From: Octopus sinensis
Taxonomy: Eukaryota
Assembly: GCF_006345805.1 (NCBI RefSeq)
Contig: NC_042998.1
Coordinates: 41,416,001-41,480,000, forward strand
Reading direction: 5' to 3'
DNA: 64,000 bases
Below are positions 61,206 to 64,000 of this stretch, piece by piece (the stretch's first letter is position 1; every line of letters begins with the position of its first letter). The position numbers and the translations under genes are program-made. The notes under the pieces are model-generated. The model saw only the letters and a list, made by a program, of their open reading frames with translations, was not told the origin of the DNA and ran no database searches.

Positions 61206-64000
61206 ATATATATAAAACTCTCTCTTTCACACATGCACAGTACCCTCTGCATGGTTGCTCAACCTGCTAGTGCATAAGTATTACCTTTCAATTTGAATGT
61301 TAACATTAGTACACACATGCACACACATTCATATTCAAGACCAACAATATGTAATTATTGAAATTTAAGGATTAAATCAATTGCATTAGCCTAGAACAAG
61401 GTCACTAACAATAACAGGATATTAAATTTTGATTTGTAATGCTAATAAAACCACAGCAATTCTGAGCCATGGCTATCTAATCACTTGGCTGCTACATTTA
61501 CTATTTCAGGAATTTAATTAAGAATACTCATATTACTTTGCTTCCATTGCAAGTACTTTGCATCATCATCATTAGTTACATCTTTTGATGGTTTCTTTTT
61601 TAATCTTTTTATGGTAGCTTAGATCAGACAAATCATGCAATATCATCTTCTCTATGTTTTTCTGTGAGTTTTCTCTCTAGTTATACCCAATATTATTATC
61701 CGTGTATTTATCAGTCTATTTTTATTCTGGCAACAACTTTTTGTCATTTCTTTACTAAACTTTAATTTTTTTTTTTGTTCTTTGTCTTTCACCTTTCTCT
61801 TTTCTGCTCTAAATCAGTTAATCTATCTGTCTGTCCATCCCCATTCCACCCCTTTCTCTTAATCAATCAAATAATAGATTTGTAATACAGAGGATCATGA
61901 AAGGTAATTCTTTTGTCTTGAAAATTTCTCTTTGACTTTTCATAATTTCAGTCAGACATAAATTGCACTTCTATCATACGTATTACTATGTTAGTCTCTC
62001 AAATGAATTAACAATCCAATTATCAGTAAAAACAAGAGGCCCTCTTAAAATATGGTTCAACCGCTCCAAACTTTTGTTAACTTTCCTATCTATCTCCTTC
62101 GCTTCTCCCTAGTGCCTAAATGACAAGGAAAAACACTAACCTTTAGCCAATGACAGAACTTCTATCTAGCATTTCACCCTGCCATCTTGAAAATGAAAGG
62201 ATACATTAATGTTGCCCCTAACATATTAAAAGATGTGATAGACCTGACCAGATATTACATTTTTAATGATAGTCTGCTTAATCAGAACTGAACAAGGGTT
62301 AAACAATAAAATCTTAATGCCAATCTACAGTGAATAAAGTAACAAGTGATGCTGTTTGTAACTGCTTCTTACATTTGATACGGTTTTTAATTCACCTAAA
62401 TTACTAATGCACCTTATACTTTCGATTATTGTATTGACCATATAGAACATAATTTGTATGTTGCCACTTCCTACCTTACGGTAGCTGCCTTCCTGATAGT
62501 AGGAGACAGAATTCAGTCCGCTAAACACTTTACTTCAATATTTCTTGTAACCGGTTTCAAACTATTGTCAATGCTGAATTGATAATAAAAATCAGGTCAG
62601 CTTCAAATAGAAGTTCCCTTATACAACCATCTCTTAAAAGCATTCTATAGGATTGTATGGGAAAAACGAAAGGTTTATGTTACAAGTCATTGGTAAATAT
62701 CTGTGCCACATAATTTATATAATTCACCACTATCATAAATTTATATTTTTAAGATATACAACTAAATGATATATAAGCTGTGGAAGCATGAAAATGAATG
62801 CCAAATTGTGTGGGCAGAGTGAAGATTTGTAATGTTAACCAAATATATTTTGATAGCTGCACTTCATTAATGCATTGGATAGGTGGAGGGAACAAAATCT
62901 GACATTGAATTTCTTCTGCATAAATATACAACACTTTCTTTCAAACTAGTCAGAGAGACCTTTTATGCGAGTTGGCCTATCTTCTGATGTAGCAATTATT
63001 TCTTTCTTCAAATGAATATATCACTGTCTTATTCAAAATAAGATAGCCGTGACTAGAAAACAAATCAGGAAACACAAATTAGCCTAACTCTTCTGCATTA
63101 AAGCTTGAGGAATCATTTTTACCAGATAGAAAAGGGACGTGCTATTATTTAAAATTCTGTGAAAATATCTAAAGCTTTACAGGTAAAGAAGTGTGTGTGT
63201 GTATGCATGCATGTGCATACATGTATGTTTATGAAGAAATTAGGCCTGTCTTCTATCTAGCAGAAAAATGGCAAACTGGTGAATCAACCCAGTTGTCTTA
63301 GGATTATTATTTATGAAAAGAACACTGAGGCCAATCAACAACCTTATCTTCTGAGTCAGACTGGTATCCAGTGTGAGATCATATACACCTTCCCTACTAA
63401 ACACACACCTGTTAAGTGTTTGTCAATAATTTTCATTCACAAAACAATTCATTTGTTTTCAGGATTTCTATATGTTTAAATGTTTTATTTGTATTTTAGT
63501 TTATTTTATTGATCTAACAAGTGCAATGTTAAGGCAACTTCTGCAATCGATTTAATGGATGCAATTCTGGTGCAACTTCAATGCAATTACAAAAGAAAAA
63601 AATACTTAACTAAATTATATCAATTTTCATTTTGGTTTTCATTGAAATTCAATTATAATTTCATTTTATTTTCTATCAGCCTTCATTTCATATCTCCACT
63701 TCTACATTGTTCCATTACACTCATGTCTCATCTCTCTATCTTACTGTCTTTTATTTCTCTGTCTTTTTCATTCCATTCCTGCCTTATTTTCCCCTCTGCC
63801 TTAATCCCTCATTTAGCACCCCCACTCCCATTCTCTATCATTTCTCACTTCCACTCATTATTTTAACTTTCCCCCCACTCTCTTTCTGTCCAAATTCCTA
63901 TCTGTTTCTTTCTCTTTTATTACCCCCATATTTTTATCTTTCACTTTTAGCCCTTCTCTTCCTTTCCCCTCTCTGTTTATCGCCTCCCCCATCGAATCAC

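Noticed and set aside
62545-62600. Minus-strand GAAACCGGTT hammerhead-like remnant
   Set aside because: No convincing core plus stems I and II could be built around it.
63555-64000. Hydrophobic 103-aa ORF / pyrimidine-rich tract
   Set aside because: Low-complexity CT-rich sequence gives F/L/S-rich pseudo-ORFs; the same applies to 17056, 49446 and 57088-57556.

Overview
AT-rich eukaryotic (metazoan) genomic DNA. The repeat families (tRNA-headed SINEs with Nin/Deu-like and Meta-like cores, RTE LINE tails ending in (GAT)n, many microsatellites) look like Octopus/coleoid cephalopod repeats; this is recognition from memory, not a database result. The window lies inside a + strand dystrophin/utrophin-family gene. 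Four GT-AG exons (46339-46508, 51492-51648, 51758-51887, 60259-60416) splice in frame to give the distal spectrin-repeat segment matching vertebrate DMD exons 56, 57, 58 and the 5' part of 59. The first ~46 kb has no upstream dystrophin exon and appears to be part of the large 'intron 55' equivalent. Two things in that intron stand out. (1) A young 362-bp x ~4 tandem array (2780-4292) with a 12-bp TSD and an inverted 5' fragment; every unit carries a minimal type I hammerhead ribozyme with a U3-A8 core covariation and a palindromic stem III (Penelope pLTR/retrozyme-like), in the sense direction of the host pre-mRNA. (2) A candidate alternative first coding exon (ATG 22606 to CAG|GTAAGA 22656) that would splice in frame to the exon-56 equivalent, giving a Dp116/G-utrophin-type short isoform, with a uORF overlapping its start (ATGA). 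The rest is decayed mariner, RTE and SINE copies, two fold-back elements and simple repeats. Repeat boundaries are approximate, read by eye.
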